IMG/VR virus record: IMGVR_UViG_3300042901_002923
Location: 1-26,019 of that record
Direction: 5' to 3' (one strand)
Source: a virus
Lineage: Duplodnaviria; Caudoviricetes
Length of the DNA stretch: 26,019 bases
In this document: positions 15,569 to 24,267 of the stretch, piece after piece
Layout: each line of letters opens with the position of its first letter
Numbering within the stretch: the stretch's first letter is position 1
The notes under the pieces: generated by a model
Told to the model about the DNA's origin: nothing
The model's input: only the letters and a program-made list of their open reading frames with translations
The model's database searches: none
Program-made: the position numbers and the translations under genes

Positions 15569-17548
15569 ATGAATAAGTTTCAAAAAATTTTAGATAGTTT
15601 TTCTTTACAAGAAAATTTAAATCCCAAGGTATGGGATAATTACGAAGATATTGACAAGGCGTCTCTGAAACCTAATATAAGAAAAAAATTATTAGAAATT
15701 GCTGACGAATTTTCAGATAATTTAGGGGATGACGTTTTTGTTGAAGATATTGTTTTGATGGGTTCGTTGGCCAATTATAATTGGTCAGAATTTTCTGACT
15801 TTGATTTACATTTATTGGTAGATTTCGAAAAATACGGGAAAGAGGAAGATTTATATAGAGAAATGTTTGATTTGAAAAAAGATAAATTCAACAACAAACA
15901 TGAAATTACCATTTATGGATACGATGTAGAAGTTTATGCTCAAGGAGCTGATGATGAGCATTCAAGTAGTGCGGTCTATTCAATTATGAATGATGAATGG
16001 ATTCAAAAACCCAAAAAAGAAAATGCGGAAGTAGATTTTGATTTCTTGAAAAAGAAAGTTAAAGGATGGATTTCAAAAATTGATGATACTATCGAAAGTG
16101 AAGATATTGAAAAAATGAAATCTCTTAAAGAAAAAATAAAAAAATATCGGAAAGCCGGATTAGAAAGAGAGGGTGAATTTTCATATGAAAACTTGGTATT
16201 CAAATTTCTTAGAAGGTCGGAAATGATTGGTAAACTTTTTGGGGCTTTAAACAAAGAAAAAGATAGAAAACTTTCCATCGAATCCAAATTAAATGAACAA
16301 ACACAAAGTGACAGATTATTCGGCTCTTCTGAGGTTGAAATTCCAATTGATGGTGCTCATGCAGGTCAAAGTGGATGGCCGAGTGCTAATGCTTGGGACA
16401 TAAAAGCACCAATTGGAGAACCTGTATATGCAATTGCTAACGGCACTGTAACCACTTTTGAAGATTATGGGCCGAAAATAATCAAAACGAATGGTAAAAA
16501 ATTATATGGTGCAGGATTTACGGTTAAAAGTACTGATGGTTTACCAAATGTTTTTTATACACATTTACAAAACGTTCAGGTTCGAAAGGGCTCATCTGTT
16601 CAGTGTGGACAGTTATTAGGTTATGTCATGGATATGCCTGGTAGTTCTTATGACCACGTGCACATCGGGGTAGAATGGGGACATAACATCAGAGAATTTT
16701 TAAATGATGATGGTACACTAAAATGCTCCAAAGGTAGTATTCAAGCGGCACCAAAGTCTGAGAGAAAGAAAAAATTTAATAAAGAACAAGAGATGGTTTG
16801 GAACACATTGTCAGACTCTGTTTTTTTGAAAAAAATAATGTCATATGTTCAAGATGGATTATATTTTGAATATACACCTGGTCAAAAAATTCCTTATGAA
16901 CAACCAGTAGAAGTTATACAGTCTGGTTTACAATTTTTAGGGTTTTCATTACCAAAATACGGAGTGGATGGAAAGTACGGACCTGAAACTCAAGGAGCAG
17001 TGAAAGATTTTCAATCGAGTAACGGTTTACCACAAACAGGAATTTTCGGTGTAGAAGACTCAAAATATCTTTTAGCGATGTTGATACAGAAAGGGTTTTC
17101 TGATTCTAACTTGAGGGGTTTACAGTACGAAAGGGATTTTGATTTAGAATATAAAGCAGACCAAGAATTTTATGAAACCTTACTGAGAAAATTGGGTGCC
17201 CCTATTACAAATGAAAATATGAAATTTTTACTTGCTTGGAGACAAGCTGAGGGCAAAGCGGGAAACTTCAACCCATTCAATACCACTCACAAGCTAGAAA
17301 ATTCAACTGATTTTAATTCTGTAGGAGTTCAAAATTATCAAACATTAGATGATGGAATGTATGCAACTCTCAGGACCTTGACGAATGGGAGGTACAATTG
17401 TATTGTATCAGGCTTGATAAATGATATTGGCGCATCGGAAATTGCTAAATGTTCCTCTTTGAAGACATGGGGAACAGGGGATTTAGTTGAAAAAGTGATT
17501 GATGGTTATGAGAATGGTGCATCGATTAAAAGCCCAAGTCTCAGATAA
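15569..17548 (+). CDS. Multidomain protein: Pol-beta-type nucleotidyltransferase + M23 peptidase + PG-binding + putative glycosidase
   Basis: GSLANYNWSEFSDFDLH; WDIKAPIGEPVYA..YTHL..HVHIG; GVDGKYGPETQGAVKDFQ; WRQAEG..FNPFNTT. Start revised to ATG 15569, 4 nt after TATTTATT. Confidence 0.8.
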   Translation: MNKFQKILDSFSLQENLNPKVWDNYEDIDKASLKPNIRKKLLEIADEFSDNLGDDVFVEDIVLMGSLANYNWSEFSDFDLHLLVDFEKYGKEEDLYREMFDLKKDKFNNKHEITIYGYDVEVYAQGADDEHSSSAVYSIMNDEWIQKPKKENAEVDFDFLKKKVKGWISKIDDTIESEDIEKMKSLKEKIKKYRKAGLEREGEFSYENLVFKFLRRSEMIGKLFGALNKEKDRKLSIESKLNEQTQSDRLFGSSEVEIPIDGAHAGQSGWPSANAWDIKAPIGEPVYAIANGTVTTFEDYGPKIIKTNGKKLYGAGFTVKSTDGLPNVFYTHLQNVQVRKGSSVQCGQLLGYVMDMPGSSYDHVHIGVEWGHNIREFLNDDGTLKCSKGSIQAAPKSERKKKFNKEQEMVWNTLSDSVFLKKIMSYVQDGLYFEYTPGQKIPYEQPVEVIQSGLQFLGFSLPKYGVDGKYGPETQGAVKDFQSSNGLPQTGIFGVEDSKYLLAMLIQKGFSDSNLRGLQYERDFDLEYKADQEFYETLLRKLGAPITNENMKFLLAWRQAEGKAGNFNPFNTTHKLENSTDFNSVGVQNYQTLDDGMYATLRTLTNGRYNCIVSGLINDIGASEIAKCSSLKTWGTGDLVEKVIDGYENGASIKSPSLR

Positions 17549-17592
17549 TTAGATTATTTCTCAAAACTCTTATATTTATAAAGAAAAATTAG

Positions 17593-18621
17593 ATGGCCTT
17601 AGTAACATATCTTTTAGGACCCTGTTCTGGTGGTTCTGCGATTTTAGTAGATTTTGATAGTTCGTCACTTCCTGCGGTGAATGGTAACTATTATTTGACT
17701 TTTACAGGGGCAACTCCTGAGGGATGTTATGATATAATTGACAATGCTGAGCCTGCTACAGGTGTCGATAAAGTTCTTACCATGTCATCTAATTATGGTG
17801 ATTGTGGCACATGTTTAGTGGTCCCAACCCCTACTCCAACAGCTTCAGTCACACCAACCCAAACATCTTCGCAAACTCCAACTCCGACAAAGACACCAAC
17901 ACAAACACCAACTCCGACAAAGACACCAACACAAACACCAACTAATACAGCAACAAATACAGCAACACCAACTAATACATCTACTCCAACACAAACGCCA
18001 ACTAATACAGCAACTAACACGGCATCTCCAACACAAACGCCAACTAATACAACAACAAATACAGCAACACCAACTAATACACCTACTCAAACTCAAACCC
18101 CTACCAATACATCAACTAATACACCGACACCAACAAAGACTCCTACTCAAACTCAAACCCCTACCAATACATCAACTAATACACCGACACCAACAAAGAC
18201 TCCGACACCGACTCCAACTCCTCCTGGTTTTTGGGAAATCGTGGATTGTTTCGGTACTTCATCTATTGTTGAAATTTCAGGTGTATCCCCAAGTATTGGA
18301 GAAATGTATTTATTCACATTTGACAATAACAATTTAGATTATAATTGTTATTTTGTCACCGATACAAGTTACGGTCCGATAGTTGCTACTGCAATATACA
18401 ATGATGGTCCATTTGTTGATTGTGCTGAATGTGGTGTGGTATATACTGGAACCTCAGTGAATCAAAATTATGAATATACTGCGGGTATGTTAGGTTCTTT
18501 CAGTGGCGGAACATTACCACCAGGAACACAAGTACCTCATCCGGGATATGCAACTCAAAACGGAATAGCAATCCAACTAAACGCCATAACATTAGGAGGA
18601 TTTAACGGACTCAATAATTAA
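17593..18621 (+). CDS. Thr/Pro-rich repeat protein with duplicated Cys-rich domains (probable virion surface protein)
   Basis: About 130-aa TPT/TNT/TQT linker between two similar domains ending DCxxC; TATTTATA at 17573-17580. Confidence 0.75.
   Translation: MALVTYLLGPCSGGSAILVDFDSSSLPAVNGNYYLTFTGATPEGCYDIIDNAEPATGVDKVLTMSSNYGDCGTCLVVPTPTPTASVTPTQTSSQTPTPTKTPTQTPTPTKTPTQTPTNTATNTATPTNTSTPTQTPTNTATNTASPTQTPTNTTTNTATPTNTPTQTQTPTNTSTNTPTPTKTPTQTQTPTNTSTNTPTPTKTPTPTPTPPGFWEIVDCFGTSSIVEISGVSPSIGEMYLFTFDNNNLDYNCYFVTDTSYGPIVATAIYNDGPFVDCAECGVVYTGTSVNQNYEYTAGMLGSFSGGTLPPGTQVPHPGYATQNGIAIQLNAITLGGFNGLNN
17878..17943 (+). repeat. 30-bp coding tandem repeat (about 2.2 copies)
   Basis: CCAACTCCGACAAAGACACCAACACAAACA x2. 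Confidence 0.9.
18082..18203 (+). repeat. 60-bp perfect coding tandem repeat (x2)
   Basis: Identical units starting at 18082 and 18142. Confidence 0.9.
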
Positions 18622-18642
18622 AACATATAAAAAAATATAAAA

Positions 18643-19923
18643 ATGGGAGACTTAAAACCAATAGGGAGTGAAAAACTCACAGGTCAAGACAAAATCAAAA
18701 GAATTCTTGAAATCGCTAAGTATAATGAAACAATTCCGAATTCAGTAAACGAAACGGCAAAATCATTCTATTCAATAAATCTAGCCGATGGTAATGATTA
18801 TCAGATTGTAAAAGAAAAACAAGGATATATAATCAAGAAAATAGTTTCTGAGTCTGAGTTAGATTACATAGAGCCTATGAAAAATAGGAAGTATTATTCT
18901 TCATATTCACAGGCGTTCAAGAGACTAAATCTATTGGCCGGAGAGTTGAATAGATTGAATGAAAATGAAGGTGGAGTAGAATTATATGGTGAACAAAAGA
19001 AATTTGTTCTGAAAACTCCTAAACCTGAACCCGTTGATGCAGAACCACCGGCACCACCAGCAGAACCGCCAGCGGTTCCTCAACCAGAATTACCTGATTC
19101 ACCTGTTGGAGGGGAAGAAGAAATGGATATGAGTGCTGAAGAAATGCCTGATGGTGAACTTGAATTGGATGCAGATATGGAAATGGATGATACAGAATCT
19201 GCTCCTGAGGGTGAACCTGAAATGGATGATTCTTCAGAAGATATGTCATCGGCATCTGATGAGATGGTAACATTCAAGACAATTCAAAAATTGACAGGAA
19301 AACTTACACAAAAAATTAGAGAGTTTGATAATCAAGACGGGATGACTTCCGAAGACATAAAATATGTAATAAACATGGTTCTTTCTTCATTAGATTTGAA
19401 AAACTTATCTGAGGAAGACAAAGAGGATATCATGTCTAAATTTGAAGATGCGGAAGAAAGACCTGAAGGAGATATGGACACGGATATGTCTGATGATGAA
19501 TTGTCATTAGATGATGAGGATATTACCTCAGATTCGGAAGTTGAAGATATTGAAGTAGATATGGACAAACCAAAGGCTGAGATGGGTGAAATGAATTCTG
19601 GAAACGGTTCAATACTTGATAGTATCTTCAAAGAATCAAAAGTTGATAAAGTTTTATCAAGATATTTCGAAATCACAAAGAAGGAAATCTTGGAGTCAAA
19701 AGAAAAAAAACAAAGAAAAAGTAAAATACAAGAGGTAACTCTAAGAAAAAAAATGACAGAAGTAGTGAAACTTTCTGAGTCTGTTAAACAAGAACTTGTC
19801 TCAGAAAAATTTTTAAGAGCAAATCCTTCTTTCAATGTTGTTGGTAAAACAAATAAAAAAAATATAGTTTTTGAAAATAACCAAAAACAAATTAAAATAT
19901 CACCTGAGGGAGAAATTTTATGA
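18643..19923 (+). CDS. Highly acidic, Pro-rich protein (possible prohead core/scaffold-like)
   Basis: Long D/E/M-rich disordered tracts; located in the head module; function inferred from composition and context only. Confidence 0.55.
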   Translation: MGDLKPIGSEKLTGQDKIKRILEIAKYNETIPNSVNETAKSFYSINLADGNDYQIVKEKQGYIIKKIVSESELDYIEPMKNRKYYSSYSQAFKRLNLLAGELNRLNENEGGVELYGEQKKFVLKTPKPEPVDAEPPAPPAEPPAVPQPELPDSPVGGEEEMDMSAEEMPDGELELDADMEMDDTESAPEGEPEMDDSSEDMSSASDEMVTFKTIQKLTGKLTQKIREFDNQDGMTSEDIKYVINMVLSSLDLKNLSEEDKEDIMSKFEDAEERPEGDMDTDMSDDELSLDDEDITSDSEVEDIEVDMDKPKAEMGEMNSGNGSILDSIFKESKVDKVLSRYFEITKKEILESKEKKQRKSKIQEVTLRKKMTEVVKLSESVKQELVSEKFLRANPSFNVVGKTNKKNIVFENNQKQIKISPEGEIL

Positions 19924-20321
19924 GTAAATTGGTTTTCGTTAATGGTTTAGGACCTAACTACAAAGGCGATAACATTTACGAATTCATATTTTCTGACGAA
20001 AATTTGGAAGATGTTTGGGGAGAAAATTGGGAATCAAAACCAAGTAATGGTTATCCATCACCTCCGAATTTGAAATATATAAAAAAGGTAGGAGTTTTGA
20101 GAAATACTGATGTTAAATTGGAATTGATTCAGAACTCCGATTTTTTTTGTATGATAGATGCCTTAGATGATGTAGTTGCGATGGCTTGGGAACCTGAAGA
20201 AATAAAGGGACATAAAAGAATGATTTTTAGGTTCGGAGAGTCAGAGCAAGTTATAAAAGATAAATTATACGAGAGAGATTTGATTCTCGAATTTGAAAAG
20301 AAAGTTGTATATGAAAATTAA
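19920..20321 (+). CDS. Hypothetical phage protein
   Basis: ATGA overlap with the upstream gene; 133 aa. Confidence 0.75.
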   Translation: MSKLVFVNGLGPNYKGDNIYEFIFSDENLEDVWGENWESKPSNGYPSPPNLKYIKKVGVLRNTDVKLELIQNSDFFCMIDALDDVVAMAWEPEEIKGHKRMIFRFGESEQVIKDKLYERDLILEFEKKVVYEN

Positions 20322-21153
20322 AATTAAATCATTGGAACTTATTGAAAAAGGAATCCCTTCAAGAACTGTTCTGAAATTGAATGAATCTGAAATAAATTTA
20401 TTACATTCAAAATTATTTGGTGAACAAATACAATCCAAAGGTGCTCCCGTACAAATCAAAAGTACAACACCAAATGCGATTCAAACGGTAAAAAACTTAT
20501 CTACACAGGGGGTTCCTGTTCAGATGATTGAAAAAGAATTAGAGGAAGAGGAAGAAGTTGATATGGACCCAAATCAGAAGAAACAAACTCAAGACCCACA
20601 ACAAGTTGGTCCAAGTTCAAACGATGGGTTCGGACCGGATAAAACAGAAGACTCTTCCATGAATGATGATGGTATGTATAATTTTGAATCGATTGAAGAG
20701 TCAAAAAAGAAAAATGCGAAAAATCCCTGGGCTATTTGTACTGCAAAAATGGGAGAAGAATTCGGAACTACGGAAAGAAGTGAGTGGACAAAAAAACAAA
20801 AAGCCAAGTATGAAAGTTGTGTTATGGGTGTGAAAAAATCTTTGGAAGAAAGTAAAAAAAATGTATCTTTGTTTTTAGAAACAGAAATTCAAAAAATTGT
20901 CGAAAGACATCTTTCTCCAAAAATTACAAAAAAAGACCTCATGAAATACTTGAGAGAATCGGAACCAGCTACAGCACCCCCAAAACCGGCTACACCTACA
21001 AAACCGGCTACACCTACAAAACCAAAACCTAGACCCATGAGACCTGGACAAAATCCTAATCCAGGTGAAAAAGAGTCACCGATGGCAGTTGAACCAGAAA
21101 AAGTCAAAGACAAAGTTATATCTACTATAATGAAAATGTTGAGAAAAAAATGA
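20311..21153 (+). CDS. Hypothetical head-module protein with NPWAIC motif and PATPTK repeats
   Basis: ATG 20311 preferred to TTG 20293; 18-bp tandem repeat at 20981-21023. Confidence 0.7.
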   Translation: MKIKIKSLELIEKGIPSRTVLKLNESEINLLHSKLFGEQIQSKGAPVQIKSTTPNAIQTVKNLSTQGVPVQMIEKELEEEEEVDMDPNQKKQTQDPQQVGPSSNDGFGPDKTEDSSMNDDGMYNFESIEESKKKNAKNPWAICTAKMGEEFGTTERSEWTKKQKAKYESCVMGVKKSLEESKKNVSLFLETEIQKIVERHLSPKITKKDLMKYLRESEPATAPPKPATPTKPATPTKPKPRPMRPGQNPNPGEKESPMAVEPEKVKDKVISTIMKMLRKK

Positions 21154-22460
21154 AAAAAAGAACATTAGAAGCAATTGATTATGGGAATTATCCTGAGAGG
21201 ATGGACCCAAACTTAGAAAGAAAACTTTCAAGTCCCGAAAATTTATATGCTAGCTCACCAGCATTCCAAAAAGGGGTTGAAGATGTAGAAAGGTTAGCAA
21301 CAGAACGTTTCAAAACGGTCGTTGATAAGCTGCGTCAAGTCAAAGGGATGGAAAGACTAACTCCTAATGTAATTCAAAGAATTTATATGGAGGAGATGAG
21401 TAAGGTACCTATGATTTTAAGAATCGAATCTCAACATAGAGAGGAATTGGAAGAATTGGCTAAAGATGTTTGTTTGGATGAAACTGAGACACCTGAGGAT
21501 TGGTATCAAATTGAAGCCATGTTAAATAGAGAACCTATTGACGTGGACAATTTTAGATACGAACCCGAAGAACCCGAAGATGAAGATGATGAAAATGAAG
21601 AAAAAAAACAGAGTTTGAGTTTTGATGATTTTGATATTGAAAATTTGACACCACAAGAAGAGTTTGAGTTAGAGAAACACAAAAGAAATATTATAAATGC
21701 TCTTGTTCAGGGTGCCGCAAAAAAAGGACACTACTTATTTCAAAAACCTGAAGTTAAAACTAAACTTGACGCAATCGACTCAAGATTGTACCCAGCTTAT
21801 TTGGGGGTTATGGCCGTCAATGATTTATTGTATTTCACCATGGAACAAATGATTGAACACATGTCAGCCACAGGAAATGGTGTTGCCGGTAAAGTATCGT
21901 TGGAGGATGCTGATGACAAAGGAGGAGAAGGAGAAGAAGATTCTCAAGATAAACCAGACACCAAAATAGTTGCCGAGGGTTTATTTTTTCCAATTTTATG
22001 TCATGAAATTATTAAAGGAATCAAAAAGGCTAACGCTAGATTTGGTCTACCCAAGGACCCTCAAATGCGTGAAAAAGTGAAAGCAGCTGTTGATGTTCTC
22101 TCTAACGAACCCATGCAGTTGCGGTTAGGACCTCCTGTTGTAGAAAAACTTAGATTTGCGTTACCCGACGAAATGTTTCTTCCTGAAAATAAAGGTTTGA
22201 TAAACTGGTTTGAAATCGAATTATACCAAATTCCAAATCGTGAATTTCTTCAAATTTTTGGCGATACAATTTCAAAGATTCCATCAAAAGTTTCAAAGGC
22301 TAAAGAACGTTACAGAGAAATCATGAAAAAAGCGATGGAACTTAAAAAAGAGTATGAAGATTATTTGAAAACTCAAAAGAAAAGTGATGATTCCGATATT
22401 GACGATGACGATAGTTTGGACGACTTCTTGAGTAATTTAGGTATAAGTCGACCCAAATAA
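21150..22460 (+). CDS. Hypothetical protein upstream of terminase
   Basis: ATGA coupling; 436 aa with acidic tracts; CHEIIKG motif. Confidence 0.75.
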   Translation: MKKRTLEAIDYGNYPERMDPNLERKLSSPENLYASSPAFQKGVEDVERLATERFKTVVDKLRQVKGMERLTPNVIQRIYMEEMSKVPMILRIESQHREELEELAKDVCLDETETPEDWYQIEAMLNREPIDVDNFRYEPEEPEDEDDENEEKKQSLSFDDFDIENLTPQEEFELEKHKRNIINALVQGAAKKGHYLFQKPEVKTKLDAIDSRLYPAYLGVMAVNDLLYFTMEQMIEHMSATGNGVAGKVSLEDADDKGGEGEEDSQDKPDTKIVAEGLFFPILCHEIIKGIKKANARFGLPKDPQMREKVKAAVDVLSNEPMQLRLGPPVVEKLRFALPDEMFLPENKGLINWFEIELYQIPNREFLQIFGDTISKIPSKVSKAKERYREIMKKAMELKKEYEDYLKTQKKSDDSDIDDDDSLDDFLSNLGISRPK

Positions 22461-22466
22461 TTTTGG

Positions 22467-24230
22467 ATGACGAAAGAACAACTAATTATTGAATATACAA
22501 AATGCATGAGGAACACTCCGTATGCATTAAAAACTTATTTACAAACTTACGATAACACGGTATCTAAGTACGTTCCTTTAGATTTATTTCCTGACCAAGT
22601 AAGATTGATTGAAGATTATGATGCTCATAATGAAAATATTGCCCTAAAATACAGACAAGCAGGTGTTTCTACCGTGACAGCAGCTTGGGCTTCAAAAAAA
22701 TTAGTTTTCGCAAAAAAACAAAAACCTGAAAAAATTCTAATAATTGCCAATAAACTTGACACTTCCGTCGAGATGGCTAACAAAATAAGGTCGTTCACGG
22801 AACAATGGCCTGAGTGGGTTGGTATCGGGTTTTCTGCAGAAAAAAACTCACAAAGACATTTCAAACTTTCAAATGATTGTGAAGTAAAGGCAGTTGCTAC
22901 ATCTAAAGATGCCTTACGTGGTTACACACCTACAATATTAATTTTTGATGAAGCAGCGTTCATTGAGGCGGACAATGATTTTTGGTCTGCATGTATGGCC
23001 TCACTTTCTACAGGTGGTAAAGTTATAGTTGTTTCAACACCAAACGGATATGACCCAATCTATTATGAAATTTATGACCAAGCACTCAGAGGAATGAATG
23101 AGTTCAAAATTTCAGAAATGTTTTGGTATCGAGACCCGAGATATACAAAAGACCTTTATGTTGTAAAAACAAACGACTTAGTTCATTTTCTTCTCAATAG
23201 AGAAGACTACGCCAAAGATGTAGTTATTGACCTTTCAATAGAAAATCCATATGAGAGAGACCATTCAATTACAACAGATTACATAAACAAGGGTTATAAA
23301 CCATGTTCTGCGTGGTTCGAAGGAATGGTCAAAAAACTAAAATTTGACCGAAGAAAAGTTGCCCAAGAATTGGAGTGTAATTTTTTGGGTTCAGGTGATA
23401 ATGTTTTTGAGTCTGAATTGATGCAAAATATTGCAAAAAACAGTCTCCGAGAGCCACAAGCTAAATTGATGGGAAGTTCTCTTTGGATTTTCAAAGAACC
23501 TGAAAATAATCATAAGTACGTAATGGGTGTTGACGTTTCAAGAGGTGATTCTGAGGATTTTTCATGTATAGAAATTATTGACTTTGATACCAAAGAACAA
23601 GTATTAGAATATGTAGGTAAAATCCCTCCAGATGTACTTGCGGAGATTGCTTACAAATGGGGTACAATGTACAGAGCTTACTGTGTTATTGATATAACTG
23701 GTGGAATGGGAATTTCTACTGCCCGAAAAATGCAAGAATTAAACTATGAGGGAGGTTTATATGTTGACAATATAGACCCAAATAAAAAATGGAAATGGGA
23801 CCCAAAAGCTAATGAAAAAATACCTGGTATAAATTTTAATTCCAAAAGGGTTCAGATAATTGCATCTCTTGAAGAGGCAGTAAGACATGATTTTAAAATC
23901 TATTCCAATCGTTTATATAACGAAATGAATACCTTTATTTTTATAAACGGTAGGCCTGACCATCAAAAGGGACACCATGATGATTGTATAATGGCCATAT
24001 CTATGGCGATATATGTTGCAGAGAAATCATTTCAATCATTACAAAAAGTTGTCAACCACACTAAAGCAATGCTAAATTCATGGACCTCAACCGTAAACGA
24101 AAATAAAAACACCTCAGATTATTTTAATCCTATGGTTCCTCAGTCTAATCGTAATTCAGGTATATATCCAACAAACGGTCCAACTAAGGCCGATTATCAA
24201 AAATATGGGTGGTTATTTGGGACCAAATAA
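22467..24230 (+). CDS. terL: Terminase large subunit (T4 gp17-like)
   Basis: LFPDQ adenine motif, KYRQAGVST Walker A variant, ILIFDEAAF Walker B, VSTPNG motif III, nuclease GVDVSRG and HDDCIMA. Confidence 0.95.
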   Translation: MTKEQLIIEYTKCMRNTPYALKTYLQTYDNTVSKYVPLDLFPDQVRLIEDYDAHNENIALKYRQAGVSTVTAAWASKKLVFAKKQKPEKILIIANKLDTSVEMANKIRSFTEQWPEWVGIGFSAEKNSQRHFKLSNDCEVKAVATSKDALRGYTPTILIFDEAAFIEADNDFWSACMASLSTGGKVIVVSTPNGYDPIYYEIYDQALRGMNEFKISEMFWYRDPRYTKDLYVVKTNDLVHFLLNREDYAKDVVIDLSIENPYERDHSITTDYINKGYKPCSAWFEGMVKKLKFDRRKVAQELECNFLGSGDNVFESELMQNIAKNSLREPQAKLMGSSLWIFKEPENNHKYVMGVDVSRGDSEDFSCIEIIDFDTKEQVLEYVGKIPPDVLAEIAYKWGTMYRAYCVIDITGGMGISTARKMQELNYEGGLYVDNIDPNKKWKWDPKANEKIPGINFNSKRVQIIASLEEAVRHDFKIYSNRLYNEMNTFIFINGRPDHQKGHHDDCIMAISMAIYVAEKSFQSLQKVVNHTKAMLNSWTSTVNENKNTSDYFNPMVPQSNRNSGIYPTNGPTKADYQKYGWLFGTK

Positions 24231-24231
24231 C

Positions 24232-24239
24232 TATTTATA
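24232..24239 (+). promoter_or_regulatory. Putative phage late promoter TATTTATA (example of a recurring motif)
   Basis: TATTTATH recurs upstream of many genes on the coding strand; see findings. Confidence 0.65.
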
Positions 24240-24267
24240 TTATTGATTAGACAAGTAAAATTAAAAA

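Noticed and set aside
17820-18225. Tandem repeats as a possible CRISPR array; antisense Val/Gly- and Cys/Trp-rich ORFs
   Set aside because: Periods are multiples of 3 with no unique spacers; the antisense ORFs are shadows of Thr/Pro codons
21990-22025. CHEIIKG as a zincin active site
   Set aside because: The second His of HExxH is replaced by Lys, so no peptidase call is supported
1143-23494. Other antisense or nested ORFs in the track (e.g. 4332, 6956, 12796, 13717, 16003, 19332, 22625)
   Set aside because: Fully nested opposite well-supported genes, with no motifs or promoter signals
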